A DNA stretch of 31,077 nucleotides from Promethearchaeota archaeon (GTDB lineage Archaea; Asgardarchaeota; Thorarchaeia; Thorarchaeales; Thorarchaeaceae): NCBI GenBank assembly GCA_048939935.1, contig JBHLPA010000001.1, positions 1 to 31,077 of the forward strand. Reading direction: 5' to 3'. Both the position numbers and the translations under genes were made by a program. Below, piece after piece: positions 1-9,461 of the stretch; within the stretch, counting starts at the first letter, position 1; the number at the start of each line of letters is the position of its first letter. The notes beneath the pieces were generated by a model. That model worked only from the letters and a program-made list of their open reading frames with translations, was not told the DNA's origin and made no database searches.

Positions 1-251
1 TAGTAACCGATCCACCATATGGGAGAGCCAGCTCGACAAGGGGGGCCTATGCTGTTGAGCTTGTTGAAGCCCTTTTTGAGAGAGTTAGTTCAATTCTTAC
101 TCGGAGAGATGGAAGTATATGTATATGTGGCAGCAGCGAAATGAGTATTCAAGATATAGCGAGCGACATGGGACTTATCGTTGAACGGGCTCACCAAATC
201 AAGGTTCATAGTGGATTAATCAGAGAAGTACTAACACTTGGGATTCAGTGA
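1..251 (+). CDS. trm11: tRNA (guanine-10 N2)-methyltransferase Trm11/TrmG10, C-terminal fragment (5'-partial)
   Basis: Not in the ORF track. Manual translation from nt 3 gives VTDPPYGRASST...VHSGLIREVLTLGIQ* (TGA 249-251). TDPPYG is the amino-methyltransferase motif IV, and VHSGLIR matches the VHxSLxR tail typical of Trm11. Confidence 0.8.
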   Translation, partial: VTDPPYGRASSTRGAYAVELVEALFERVSSILTRRDGSICICGSSEMSIQDIASDMGLIVERAHQIKVHSGLIREVLTLGIQ

Positions 252-664
252 TTGATAATTTTCCCATCTTTTGTTGGGGGAGTAAACCAGTCAACAAACT
301 CTTCGAATTCTTGCTCTGAGTCAAAAACAACGACCATCTCGATACTGCCAAGAGGAGGGAGTTCCTGATTGTCATCAATTATTCGTAATTTCTTAACAAA
401 GGCAGACTGTTTATCAAAATGGAGTGATGCCGATGTTCCATTCCAATTTGCTTCTAATCGTTTTCTGACTGCATCTATGATCCTTGTTTCGTGGATTGTC
501 TGACGGACAAGGCTGACAGAGTCCCGATTCGTGTAGGTCACTACAATTTCAGGTTTATTATCATCAGTTGAAAAATCTGTTCTACCCAGAAGATTCTCAA
601 TAGCAATTCCAACCTTCTTGACATCTTCTGTGGGATTTACTGGACATGTGATGAGGACTTCCAT
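245..664 (-). CDS. UPF0201/DUF54 family putative RNA-binding protein
   Basis: N-terminus EVLITCPVNPTEDVKKVxxAIENL and a KQSAFV motif are typical of DUF54. It lies directly downstream of a UPF0200 kinase, a common archaeal gene pair. Confidence 0.8.
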   Translation of the reverse strand: MEVLITCPVNPTEDVKKVGIAIENLLGRTDFSTDDNKPEIVVTYTNRDSVSLVRQTIHETRIIDAVRKRLEANWNGTSASLHFDKQSAFVKKLRIIDDNQELPPLGSIEMVVVFDSEQEFEEFVDWFTPPTKDGKIINH

Positions 665-665
665 C

Positions 666-1214
666 TCAAGTCAGCCTCTTCACTAATTCCTTAGATTGCT
701 CTTGAAATTCAGCAAGAGTACCTTCATTTACAATCATTATGTCACTTAGTGCGATTACTCCTCCCAGACCCACTGAAATCTCTCGGATATCACGTTCTCT
801 AAAGACCTCCCAACTTGGAGGAGCATCTTCACGATTTCGTTCAACCAGTCGTTTGTACCGTTCTTTTGGAGATGTATGAACACAGACAATTGTAACAGAG
901 TCAGCACAACCATCAAAAACTTCGACTTCAGCAATACTTCTACATCCTTCAATTACAACAAGATTGGAATCTGATGCTTTCAACTCCTCTATACAGAAGG
1001 ATGCTACTGCTCCAGGACCGTTCTTTTCCCGAAGTTCCAACATGACTTTCTTTGTATTCTCGGGATTAGGATCAAGACCACGTCGGAGGGTTTCATTCCG
1101 TATCACATCTCCCATCACAATAACTGGTATGCCGACATCATGAAATGTTTGTGCTATACCACTTTTCCCTGCGCCCGGCATACCGGTAACAATCACCAGT
1201 TTCATTGTTCCCAC
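666..1214 (-). CDS. UPF0200 family P-loop nucleotide kinase (often annotated dephospho-CoA kinase-like)
   Basis: Walker A GMPGAGKS, MGDVIR, IEGCRS and RxxRLxxRxRxD lid, RDxRExxxG. GTG start at 1214; alternative ATG at 1205. Confidence 0.8.
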   Translation of the reverse strand: MGTMKLVIVTGMPGAGKSGIAQTFHDVGIPVIVMGDVIRNETLRRGLDPNPENTKKVMLELREKNGPGAVASFCIEELKASDSNLVVIEGCRSIAEVEVFDGCADSVTIVCVHTSPKERYKRLVERNREDAPPSWEVFRERDIREISVGLGGVIALSDIMIVNEGTLAEFQEQSKELVKRLT

Positions 1215-1312
1215 CAGAAACCTCTTCCCTTCGTCTTATGATAGTCCTTTAAGAATTCCCTTAGAACCAACAGCGTCAGTGTAATATTGTGGATTTGACA
1301 TAATTAACATCA

Positions 1313-1894
1313 ATGGAAGTGTCTAATGTGAGTACTGATGTCAGAGCTTTCCTGAGTATAGAGATTGAAGACCAAACACTATTGTCGCGAATCAAAGATA
1401 TTCAGCAGAAATTGGATCAGACCGCCGCCAAGATGAAGATAGTCAAAAGCGAGAATATACATTATACCGTGCGTTTCTTTGGCGATACTCCATTAACAAA
1501 GCTGGACCAAATCAAGATGCGTCTTGACAAGATGGACTTTAATCAATTTGAGATTGAAGTTGGAGGGATTGGGGCATTTCCAAACAGAAGACGACCCAGA
1601 ATCATTTGGGTCGGAGTGACTAATAATGCATCTAAAGCTGTGCAAATCAAGAGTGAGATTGATTCTTTGTTAGTGGATATTGGCTATCAGCCTGAGAAGA
1701 GAAAATACACCCCTCATGCGACTATTGCACGAGTTCGGTATGTCAAGGATTCAAGACGTATTACAGACAACTTGGAGCACCTAACTGATGAAGTGATAGG
1801 GAAAATGATTGTCACAAAGATTACAATGATGAAAAGCACCCTCACTCCGTCAGGTCCAATATATGAATCTCTCTGGAAAATTGGGGGCATATGA
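1313..1894 (+). CDS. thpR: RNA 2',3'-cyclic phosphodiesterase (2H phosphoesterase, ThpR/LigT)
   Basis: Two HxT motifs (NIHYTVRFFG, YTPHATIAR), RAFLSIE N-terminus, GAFP...PRIIWVG, GPIYE C-terminus. Confidence 0.93.
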   Translation: MEVSNVSTDVRAFLSIEIEDQTLLSRIKDIQQKLDQTAAKMKIVKSENIHYTVRFFGDTPLTKLDQIKMRLDKMDFNQFEIEVGGIGAFPNRRRPRIIWVGVTNNASKAVQIKSEIDSLLVDIGYQPEKRKYTPHATIARVRYVKDSRRITDNLEHLTDEVIGKMIVTKITMMKSTLTPSGPIYESLWKIGGI

Positions 1895-1903
1895 TGAGTA
1901 AAA

Positions 1904-2041
1904 TGGTGGGCCGGGGGAGACGTGTTCCGACTAGGAAAATCCCATGTCGTTTGAACTCCCGATCTCTTGCATTCTGTGACTTGAGGCGTGAATTCCTCGG
2001 TCGCCCCAAGCAAGAATCATACCAAGCTAGACTACCGACCC
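1904..2041 (-). tRNA. tRNA-Pro(GGG) with two introns (37/38, 32 nt, 1972-2003; 58/59, 29 nt, 1922-1950), encoded CCA
   Basis: Reverse complement folds as acceptor GGGTCGG/CCGGCCC, anticodon stem CTTGC/GCAAG with GGG at 2005-2007, and T-stem GGGAG/CTCCC. Removing both inserts gives a normal cloverleaf with T-loop TTCAAGT. The T-loop intron forms a bulge-helix-bulge (central GTTC/GAAC, bulges AAA and ACG, intron helix CGAC/GTCG). Confidence 0.92.
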
Positions 2042-2135
2042 TTGTTACATGAAACTCGGGATGTGTTCATGACTGCAGTTTTCGTGTCGTGTATTGAAGA
2101 TAAACATTACCACTCGGTGAAGCCTTCTCAGTTCT

Positions 2136-2153
2136 TTAGAACATGTGTTCTAA
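2136..2153. promoter_or_regulatory. 18-bp palindrome TTAGAACA-TG-TGTTCTAA, candidate operator in the divergent tRNA-Pro/deacetylase intergenic region
   Basis: Perfect 8-bp inverted repeat with a 2-bp spacer, 3 bp upstream of a TATA-like TTTTAT (2157-2162). Confidence 0.4.
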
Positions 2154-2242
2154 GTATTTTATGAAATTGTATCAAAGATTCAGACTTATCAGTATCTTCA
2201 CCATTCTAATCAGGACCATAGTGAAACGGAGAATGTCTGGAA

Positions 2243-3292
2243 ATGGTCACTGATTTAGTATACCATGATGTCTTTGTTGAACATGTGATGTCTCGTAGTC
2301 ATCCTGAGAGCCCAGAACGACTGAGAAGTGCAATGAATTCAATCAAAACCGCAGGTCTGTTGGACGGACAAAAAGTGAATCTATTGACCCCCACGAAAGC
2401 TCTTCTGGATGAAGTATATCTAATCCATGGCAAGGCGTATCTTGAAGGGATTAAAGAGAAATCAGAAAGGGGAGGCGGAATCTACACTATGGATACATCT
2501 GTCAATTCATACACGTATGATGCTGCCCTCTTTGCCGCAGGGGGAGGAATTAACGCAGTTGATAGAATCATGCAAGGGGAATCTGAGAATGCGTTTGTGT
2601 TGTGTAGGCCTCCTGGTCATCATGCAGAATACGAACGAGCATTTGGTTTCTGTTTTATTAATAATATAGCAGTAGCGGCTAAACATCTATTGGAAAAAAA
2701 AAATGTAAAACGTGTAATGATCGTAGATTATGATGCACATCATGGAAATGGGACACAACGAAGCTTCTATTCTTCAAAGGATGTACTCTATGCAGGATTG
2801 CATCAAGACGGAAGGACACTTTTCCCTGGTTCGGGATTTGTAGACGAAACAGGGACAGGCGAGGGTGAGGGTTATACTGTCAATTTGGCAATGTACCCTG
2901 GTGCCGGTGATTTGTCCTATTCTAATGCATTTTCAAAAGTACTAGAGCCTATTGCTGAGTCATATAGTCCAGATTTCATACTGGTTTCTGTGGGTTATGA
3001 TAGTCATTTCATGGACCCTTTAACAAACCTCGGACTTACCACATCGGGATTTGCCATGATGAATTCTAGACTGAAACAGATGGCTAATACATATTCGGAT
3101 GGAAGATTAGCATGCTTTCTTGAGGGGGGCTACAATCTCGAAGTTATGGGAATGTGCTCATTGAATCTTCTTGAAGAATTATCGGGAGATCATGTCACAA
3201 TTTTTAATGACAAGTACAAAGAGAGTGATACAGCTAGTCAATACACGGAGAAGTTGATTGAAAGAATAATTGATGATTCTCCTCTGTTGTAA
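2243..3292 (+). CDS. Zn-dependent histone deacetylase family protein (HDAC/AcuC/AphA)
   Basis: HPESPERL, RPPGHHA, GFCFINN, DYDAHHGNGTQ, GYDSH and LEGGY catalytic motifs are all intact. Confidence 0.95.
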   Translation: MVTDLVYHDVFVEHVMSRSHPESPERLRSAMNSIKTAGLLDGQKVNLLTPTKALLDEVYLIHGKAYLEGIKEKSERGGGIYTMDTSVNSYTYDAALFAAGGGINAVDRIMQGESENAFVLCRPPGHHAEYERAFGFCFINNIAVAAKHLLEKKNVKRVMIVDYDAHHGNGTQRSFYSSKDVLYAGLHQDGRTLFPGSGFVDETGTGEGEGYTVNLAMYPGAGDLSYSNAFSKVLEPIAESYSPDFILVSVGYDSHFMDPLTNLGLTTSGFAMMNSRLKQMANTYSDGRLACFLEGGYNLEVMGMCSLNLLEELSGDHVTIFNDKYKESDTASQYTEKLIERIIDDSPLL

Positions 3293-3294
3293 AT

Positions 3295-5541
3295 CTATAC
3301 ACCGAAATCTTCCAACAAGGTTTGCATTGAGTCAATATCATCACCATCATCATCAAAGTGTTCGGTATCATTTAGAGCTATTTTTACATCTATGCCCAAC
3401 TGTTTCTTGATTGATTGTGCGATAGATGTGCCAATGGTTGGAATCCTTGCTAGTTCTTCCACTGGGACTTTGTATAAGTCAGGTAAATTCACGAGATTAT
3501 GGTTGTGTAATATTCTACCTCTTACTCGTCCAACTCCCTTGAGACTTACAAGTTCCAAAATATCTGACTTTACTCCATAGCGAAGACGTGATCTAAGATT
3601 ATGAAGAAATGGACTGTGACTGGTCGAATTGGTAATTCTAGAAATCTCAGACGCGGCATATGTCAACCATTCTGCTGATTGTACAAATCGATGAACATCA
3701 CCCATGCCAACGTTATATCTCTCAGTGATATCCTTCTCTGTTTTCTCAGAGATCCAGTCCTGGAGCAAAACTGCTGTTTTTATTTGAGCCAGAAAATCTG
3801 CATAAGCACGAGGGTTTTCCTCTATTGGGGGTTCAACCATGAGTTCGTCAAGAGAATCTTCGAGCGCTACCTCATACTCCTCAACCTCAGAACTTGTGAC
3901 ATATGTCAGTGGTTGATCCGGTGAGTGGCAAATCAAATGAAGAATACCAATCATGGTATGACCCTTTGTTTTTGATAGGACATCACGAAAGAGGATAGCT
4001 GTGTAAGGGTCAATGTATAGTTGGGATGCTCTCCTACCAAGTGGAGTAGCTGTGTAGTGACCATCGGAACCTGTTTCTATAAGATCTCCTTCTTCGAGAA
4101 AACCTAGAGCTGAGGATACATGTTGATTGATCTCCCATTGATCAAACTGATGTGAAAAGAATGTCCCTGCGATTAGAAGGTCAATCTCCTCACGATCTCT
4201 AGTCATTTCAGCTGCTATTGAGGCTAGAAGATGTGAACGAACAGCACGCGGTGATGCCAATTTGGAAGTGATTTCTTCAGGTTCAGAGAGCGTATAGTTA
4301 TCGATAAGAAAATCATGTTCTGGTTCTGTCCGTGCGATGAGAACAGCCTCTCCATATTTATCATATTTTGGTCTACCTGCTCGACCAGCCATTTGTTTGT
4401 ATTCGAGAACGGGGATTGGATAGCTTCCACGTTCTGGTTCATAGCGTCTGTAATCACGAATAATTACACGTCTAGAGGGGAGATTCACACCTGCTGCTAA
4501 TGTTGGAGTCGCAATAATCACTTTCAATAGATTTTCCTTGAAGTAGTCTTCAACAAGAGACCGTTCTTGATTGTCAAGTCCTGCATGATGAAAGGCGGCA
4601 CCATTTGCAATCAACCGAGCTAGAGTTTTAGAAGCCTCAGGTGCAGAAGGAGTCTTTCCAATCCTAGTAGCACCTTTTGCAAGTTGGTGCATAGTATCAT
4701 CAGAGATATATCTACGCAGAAAGGGAGCAATCTTTTTTGCAACGGCGACTGTTGATCGACGACTTGAAACAAATACAAGGACTTGGCCGTCTTCATCAAG
4801 AGTGTCACAAACTACATCTGCTAGTTCATTCTTCCGTGTTCTCTTGATTCGCCGATGTTTGCTTTTCCCATCACTATAGAAACTGATTCTTCCGTCTAAA
4901 TAGACACCTTCACTTAGAGGCACCGGTCTCCAGGTGTCTTTTACAAGTTCAGCATCAAGCCACTCAGCAATCTGATTAGCATTGGAGATTGTCGCACTTA
5001 GAGCAACAACTTGAATGTCTTTTTTGATTTGGGTGAGTTTTGCTAGTACCATCTCAAGTGTAGGACCTCTTTTTGAATCATTAATGAGATGGATTTCATC
5101 AGCAACAACAATTCCAACATCATTGATCCATTCAGCTCTGTGACGGACCAACGAGTCAGCTCGTTCAGTAGTTACGATTATGATATCAGCATCACGTAAG
5201 CTTCTTCCTGGAGAGTCGTAGTCACCAACCGACATGGAGGTGGTGATACCCAAAGACTCGTATCTCTTGAATTCTGTATACTTTTCGCGGGCTAGTGATT
5301 TTAATGGAACAAGATAGAGTGCCTTACCTCGGCCATCAAGGATTGCTTTTAACATACAGATCTCTGCTACCAATGTTTTACCTGAACTGGTAGGTATCGC
5401 AAGAACCAAGTTCTTTCCATCGAGAACACCTGTTTTGAATGCACTAATCTGTGGTGGAAAAAGATCTGATATACCCTGAGACTGGAGATGTGTGATTATT
5501 CGTCTGTTGATGTCCAGCTCTTTCAGTCGAATATTGTTCAT
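3295..5541 (-). CDS. hel308: Ski2-like SF2 DNA helicase Hel308/Hjm
   Basis: PTSSGKT, DEIH, SAT, FHHAGL, TPTLAAGVNLP, QMAGRAGRP motifs. C-terminal RLRYGVK..L.L..LKGVGRVRGR HhH domain. Confidence 0.96.
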   Translation of the reverse strand: MNNIRLKELDINRRIITHLQSQGISDLFPPQISAFKTGVLDGKNLVLAIPTSSGKTLVAEICMLKAILDGRGKALYLVPLKSLAREKYTEFKRYESLGITTSMSVGDYDSPGRSLRDADIIIVTTERADSLVRHRAEWINDVGIVVADEIHLINDSKRGPTLEMVLAKLTQIKKDIQVVALSATISNANQIAEWLDAELVKDTWRPVPLSEGVYLDGRISFYSDGKSKHRRIKRTRKNELADVVCDTLDEDGQVLVFVSSRRSTVAVAKKIAPFLRRYISDDTMHQLAKGATRIGKTPSAPEASKTLARLIANGAAFHHAGLDNQERSLVEDYFKENLLKVIIATPTLAAGVNLPSRRVIIRDYRRYEPERGSYPIPVLEYKQMAGRAGRPKYDKYGEAVLIARTEPEHDFLIDNYTLSEPEEITSKLASPRAVRSHLLASIAAEMTRDREEIDLLIAGTFFSHQFDQWEINQHVSSALGFLEEGDLIETGSDGHYTATPLGRRASQLYIDPYTAILFRDVLSKTKGHTMIGILHLICHSPDQPLTYVTSSEVEEYEVALEDSLDELMVEPPIEENPRAYADFLAQIKTAVLLQDWISEKTEKDITERYNVGMGDVHRFVQSAEWLTYAASEISRITNSTSHSPFLHNLRSRLRYGVKSDILELVSLKGVGRVRGRILHNHNLVNLPDLYKVPVEELARIPTIGTSIAQSIKKQLGIDVKIALNDTEHFDDDGDDIDSMQTLLEDFGV

Positions 5542-5575
5542 CTCCGCAGTATACTAATGGTGTAGATTGATACAT

Positions 5576-7642
5576 CTAGCTCTGAGAGTGTCTGATTTTG
5601 CCTTCTCGAGGACTGTATAGTATTCCTTCAGCAAGGAGTTTCTCAATGACCTCTTCTGCGCGTTCACGAGGAAGTCCCATTGATACAGCACGTTGAATCA
5701 GTGCATCTCTGTTCACAGTTGATGTTCCTTCAGACTCCATATCACGGATAGCTTTAATGATGATATCTGAGGAACTTCGTTGTGATGCACTCATCTTAGA
5801 AACAAGACGATCAATATCGATTTTCCCAGTTATTCTATCAAGTGCTACCATTCGTAAGGACTCTTCCATAAGTCGAACAGCAGCTTGCGCGTCTTCTTTA
5901 CTGACTTTAGATCTTAATGCCATTCGGGCTCTTGCCTCTGATAGGCGAACAAGTGATTCTAGTTGACGTGCTGTGATTGGAACTGGAGAGGCACCTCCCT
6001 CAGCACTCTTCCTTAGGTCTACATAGAAATTCTCAATCACTTCTGCAGCTTCTGGAGTCAGTTGAGGAATGACATAGCGATTTGAATATCCAATGTATTT
6101 TTTCAAGAAGTCAGGGGGGATTGTAGGAGCTGCAGTCTGTCCTTGAAACTTCTTCATTTGATGCATGTCAAGAATGAATTGTGCGAGCTCACGGTCTCTT
6201 GTTGCCTCTGGAGTGTCAACTAAAATCCAAATTAGGTCAAATCTTGATAGAATTGTAAACGGTAATCGGATATTGTCTTGAACAGATAGTGATGATTCGT
6301 AACGACCCAATGTAGGATTTGCGGCTGCAAGGATTGATGTCCTTGCATTCAGTGTAGCAACAATACCAGCCTTTGCAATACTGACCGTATGTTGTTCCAT
6401 AGCTTCATGGATAGCAGTTCGGTCGTTAGGATCCATTTTATCAAACTCATCTATGCACGCGATTCCTTGATCAGACAAGACTAGAGCTCCAGCCTCTAGA
6501 GTCATTGCACCGGATTCAGTATCATGGACTACAGCTGCTGTGAGTCCGGCTGCTGTGGTCCCTTTGCCAGAAGTGTAGAGTCCTCTTGCAGCTAGACCGG
6601 CAACAAATTTGAGAATCTGGCTTTTTCCTGTTCCAGGATCCCCAATCATTAGTATGTTGGATTTTCCCCTGAGTCGTGTTCCATCAGGGAGTGTCTTTCC
6701 GACACCGCCGAAAAGCAAGAGTGCAATAGACTCTTTGATGCTGTCATGCCCCTGAATGGATGGGGCAATGGAAGCATAAATTCGTTCGTGGACATATTGG
6801 TCCTCAGCTAGCTCCTTTATCGCTTTTTCATCTTCTTCGGAAATCTCAAGCTGTTCGTACTCTTTCTCGGATATTTCTACTCCATTCGCTTCAATAAAAA
6901 CATTGAATGTTGCTAGCTTTCCACCTCTACGAGAGAAATCAGGAGATGTTTGAAGAGTTCCTGTTACTTTGACCAATTCCCCGGGTCTAGATATATCGAC
7001 GATATCACCCTCCAGAATTACATCAACTGACCGTGGCATTTGACCTGGTGGTAGTTCTTCTGGTGACTCTTGAATTCTTACCTTTTGCCAGTCTCTGAAC
7101 TGAGATTTTTGTGGAATCAAACGCACAGGTGTCTTCTTAGTACAAACTGGACACAATGCAGGTTCTGTATATCTTCCTTCTTCTTGGATCTGCGGTATTT
7201 CTGTCTGACAAATTCGACAACGAAACATAGCTTGAACTAGAAGAGGCTTTACAACACTAGCTCTCATCATTATGCCACTGATATGTATCAGCTTTCCAAT
7301 ATGTCGTGATCGGAGTGCACGTAATGCAATGTGTTCAGGATAGTTTACAAAACGTGTCTTCATAAGACTAGTATCAACACTGTTGACATAGTCCGGATCT
7401 TCAACGCGGAGTACTGAAACTAATGCATTATCTGACATTTCTAGAAATTTCTGAGGATCTTCAGCTGCCAAAGCCATAAACACATTATCGAAGCTTGTTA
7501 AGTCTTGGAAATCTATGGTGAGAGACACCTCATCATTGATTGACATCTGTTGAACTCTTGACCAATATATGAGAGTCCCTTGTTCATCTTTGTATGTTCT
7601 TAGGAACTCCTCAAATCTTTCTTGTTCGTCATACTCGGACAT
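5576..7642 (-). CDS. mcm: Replicative helicase MCM
   Basis: C4 Zn finger (CRIC...CPVC), QESPEELPPGQMPRS, Walker A GDPGTGKS, Walker B IDEFDKM, SRFD Arg finger, C-terminal wHTH. No intein. Confidence 0.98.
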   Translation of the reverse strand: MSEYDEQERFEEFLRTYKDEQGTLIYWSRVQQMSINDEVSLTIDFQDLTSFDNVFMALAAEDPQKFLEMSDNALVSVLRVEDPDYVNSVDTSLMKTRFVNYPEHIALRALRSRHIGKLIHISGIMMRASVVKPLLVQAMFRCRICQTEIPQIQEEGRYTEPALCPVCTKKTPVRLIPQKSQFRDWQKVRIQESPEELPPGQMPRSVDVILEGDIVDISRPGELVKVTGTLQTSPDFSRRGGKLATFNVFIEANGVEISEKEYEQLEISEEDEKAIKELAEDQYVHERIYASIAPSIQGHDSIKESIALLLFGGVGKTLPDGTRLRGKSNILMIGDPGTGKSQILKFVAGLAARGLYTSGKGTTAAGLTAAVVHDTESGAMTLEAGALVLSDQGIACIDEFDKMDPNDRTAIHEAMEQHTVSIAKAGIVATLNARTSILAAANPTLGRYESSLSVQDNIRLPFTILSRFDLIWILVDTPEATRDRELAQFILDMHQMKKFQGQTAAPTIPPDFLKKYIGYSNRYVIPQLTPEAAEVIENFYVDLRKSAEGGASPVPITARQLESLVRLSEARARMALRSKVSKEDAQAAVRLMEESLRMVALDRITGKIDIDRLVSKMSASQRSSSDIIIKAIRDMESEGTSTVNRDALIQRAVSMGLPRERAEEVIEKLLAEGILYSPREGKIRHSQS

Positions 7643-7746
7643 CTTTACTAGCCTCGATACAGTTGTTATTCTGGGCCATAATCATTGGTCGATTTTCAAC
7701 TTCTTGTTCTTCTTGTTTTGTATTTAAGGGCACTATTACTCATTGC

Positions 7747-8316
7747 TTATTCCAAAATGTTTTGGCGCCATCCAGAGAGTAAATCAATCAGCTCTTCACA
7801 AAGCCACCGTTCTTCATAAGCCATCTGTTTCCGCTTCTCCTGATATGCACCGGATTTGGCTACACGAAGTATTTTAGACAATCGAGTTTCTACTAGAAAA
7901 GGAACCATACGTTGTAGTTTTTCAATCTCATCGTATCTTCTAGGATCTATTGATGTTCTATCACTTTGCAGTCGAAGTACCTTTCTACTGAGTGCTGTAT
8001 AGAGAAATGGTTGAAATGTCTGAAGCTTGTGAGGTTGTTTTTCTTCAGCTCTGTATAGATTCTGGAGTCTTCTTAGTGAGTCGTATGCATCTTCGGGTGC
8101 AATATCCACTATGTCTTGTTTCAAGAGCTGTTCGATCATCCAATTTGGTAGGCTGGTTCGGTCTCCTTTTTTGAAAGGACCCATTTTATTTCCGCCTACA
8201 GTAATTTCAGGGAGTTGTTTTTGAAAGATGCATTCTCGAGTTTCATTCAGAAATAACATCTCAAACCGATTCATCTCATCTTTTGCTTCACTACATATCT
8301 TCATGAAATCCCACAC
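7747..8316 (-). CDS. gins23: GINS complex subunit, Gins23 (Psf2/Psf3-like, B-domain first)
   Basis: N-terminal beta B-domain (GPFKKGDRTSLPNWMIEQL) followed by a helical A-domain (RLSKILRVA, EERWL). Directly upstream of mcm, as in TACK archaea. The true start may be a downstream ATG. Confidence 0.82.
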   Translation of the reverse strand: MWDFMKICSEAKDEMNRFEMLFLNETRECIFQKQLPEITVGGNKMGPFKKGDRTSLPNWMIEQLLKQDIVDIAPEDAYDSLRRLQNLYRAEEKQPHKLQTFQPFLYTALSRKVLRLQSDRTSIDPRRYDEIEKLQRMVPFLVETRLSKILRVAKSGAYQEKRKQMAYEERWLCEELIDLLSGWRQNILE

Positions 8317-8501
8317 ATCATTTTAGGTTGGCTGAGATAAAGCCCTTACTCTGTGGTAGCGAGTTAGAGTGATTAATCCTACGTTTCATTCATCTTGAGT
8401 ATCAGTCTTGCCAGAGAATCTTTTAAGGCATCGAGAAGATTCGTAGTTGAATCAGGATGAAATGACTGACTATCATGTCTTAATATGGATGGGAACCAAA
8501 G

Positions 8502-9461
8502 ATGGAGCTTGACTTGTGGACTGAGAAATATCGACCTCCCACATTAGGTGAGATTATTGGGCAGGAATCGTTGATTGAGAGTCTCAAAAAGTTTGTAGAA
8601 ACTAGAACTGTGCCTCATTGTCTATTTGCAGGACCACCGGGAACTAGTAAAACTACTGCAGCGACTGCAATGGCTAGGGACCTCTTTGGGGATTCATTTG
8701 AAAGAAACTTCATGGAGCTTAATGCTAGCGACGAAAGAGGAATTGATGTCGTAAGAAATCAGATTAAGAACTTTGCAAGAACTATACCATCAGGTAATGC
8801 ACCATTCAAGATACTTGTTCTTGATGAGGCAGACCATCTCACGGCAGATGCTCAACATGCCTTAAGGCGTACTATGGAGTCCTACGCAGCATCCTGTCGG
8901 ATGGTATTGATCTGTAATTATTCTAGTAGGATTATTCCACCTATTCAATCAAGATGCGCGATATTCCGTTTTTCACGACTCAGTGATGATGATATTTCAA
9001 GCAGACTCAAGTATATCGCCAAGAAAGAAGGTGTTAGTCTATTTGCTACTGGAAATGAGGCAATTCTGTATCTTGCTGAGGGTGATATGAGAGCTGCCAT
9101 CAACCTTCTTCAGGCATCAGCCTCAACAGGTCAGAAAATTACTGATGAGATAGTTTATTCAATCGCTGGAAAAGCAAATCCTGAAACAGTTAGGAAAATG
9201 ATTGTAGATGCTCAAGGTGGAAAATATATGGAATCACTTGAGAGTCTTAGAAATTTGATGTATCAGCAAGGTGTTTCACCTGTGGATTTAGTGAGACAAT
9301 TACATCGTGAGATTGAGGGTCTTGAACTTGACAATAGAAAACGAATGGATATTCTAGATCAAACTGCTGAAATCGAGTTTCGGGTGGGAGAAGGAGCCAA
9401 TGGTGAGATACAACTTTCATCCTTACTTGCTCGTCTGGGATTGGGTAGTGATTCTGAATGA
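8502..9461 (+). CDS. rfcS: Replication factor C small subunit
   Basis: LWTEKYRP, ELNASDERGIDVVR, DEAD, ALRRTME, SRC sensor, GDMR. Walker A is the variant GPPGTSKT. Confidence 0.97.
   Translation: MELDLWTEKYRPPTLGEIIGQESLIESLKKFVETRTVPHCLFAGPPGTSKTTAATAMARDLFGDSFERNFMELNASDERGIDVVRNQIKNFARTIPSGNAPFKILVLDEADHLTADAQHALRRTMESYAASCRMVLICNYSSRIIPPIQSRCAIFRFSRLSDDDISSRLKYIAKKEGVSLFATGNEAILYLAEGDMRAAINLLQASASTGQKITDEIVYSIAGKANPETVRKMIVDAQGGKYMESLESLRNLMYQQGVSPVDLVRQLHREIEGLELDNRKRMDILDQTAEIEFRVGEGANGEIQLSSLLARLGLGSDSE

Noticed and set aside
2694-2703. A10 homopolymer in the deacetylase gene as a slippage or phase-variation site
   Set aside because: The frame is intact and encodes an ordinary EKKN stretch. 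There is no alternative-frame ORF that would give it meaning.
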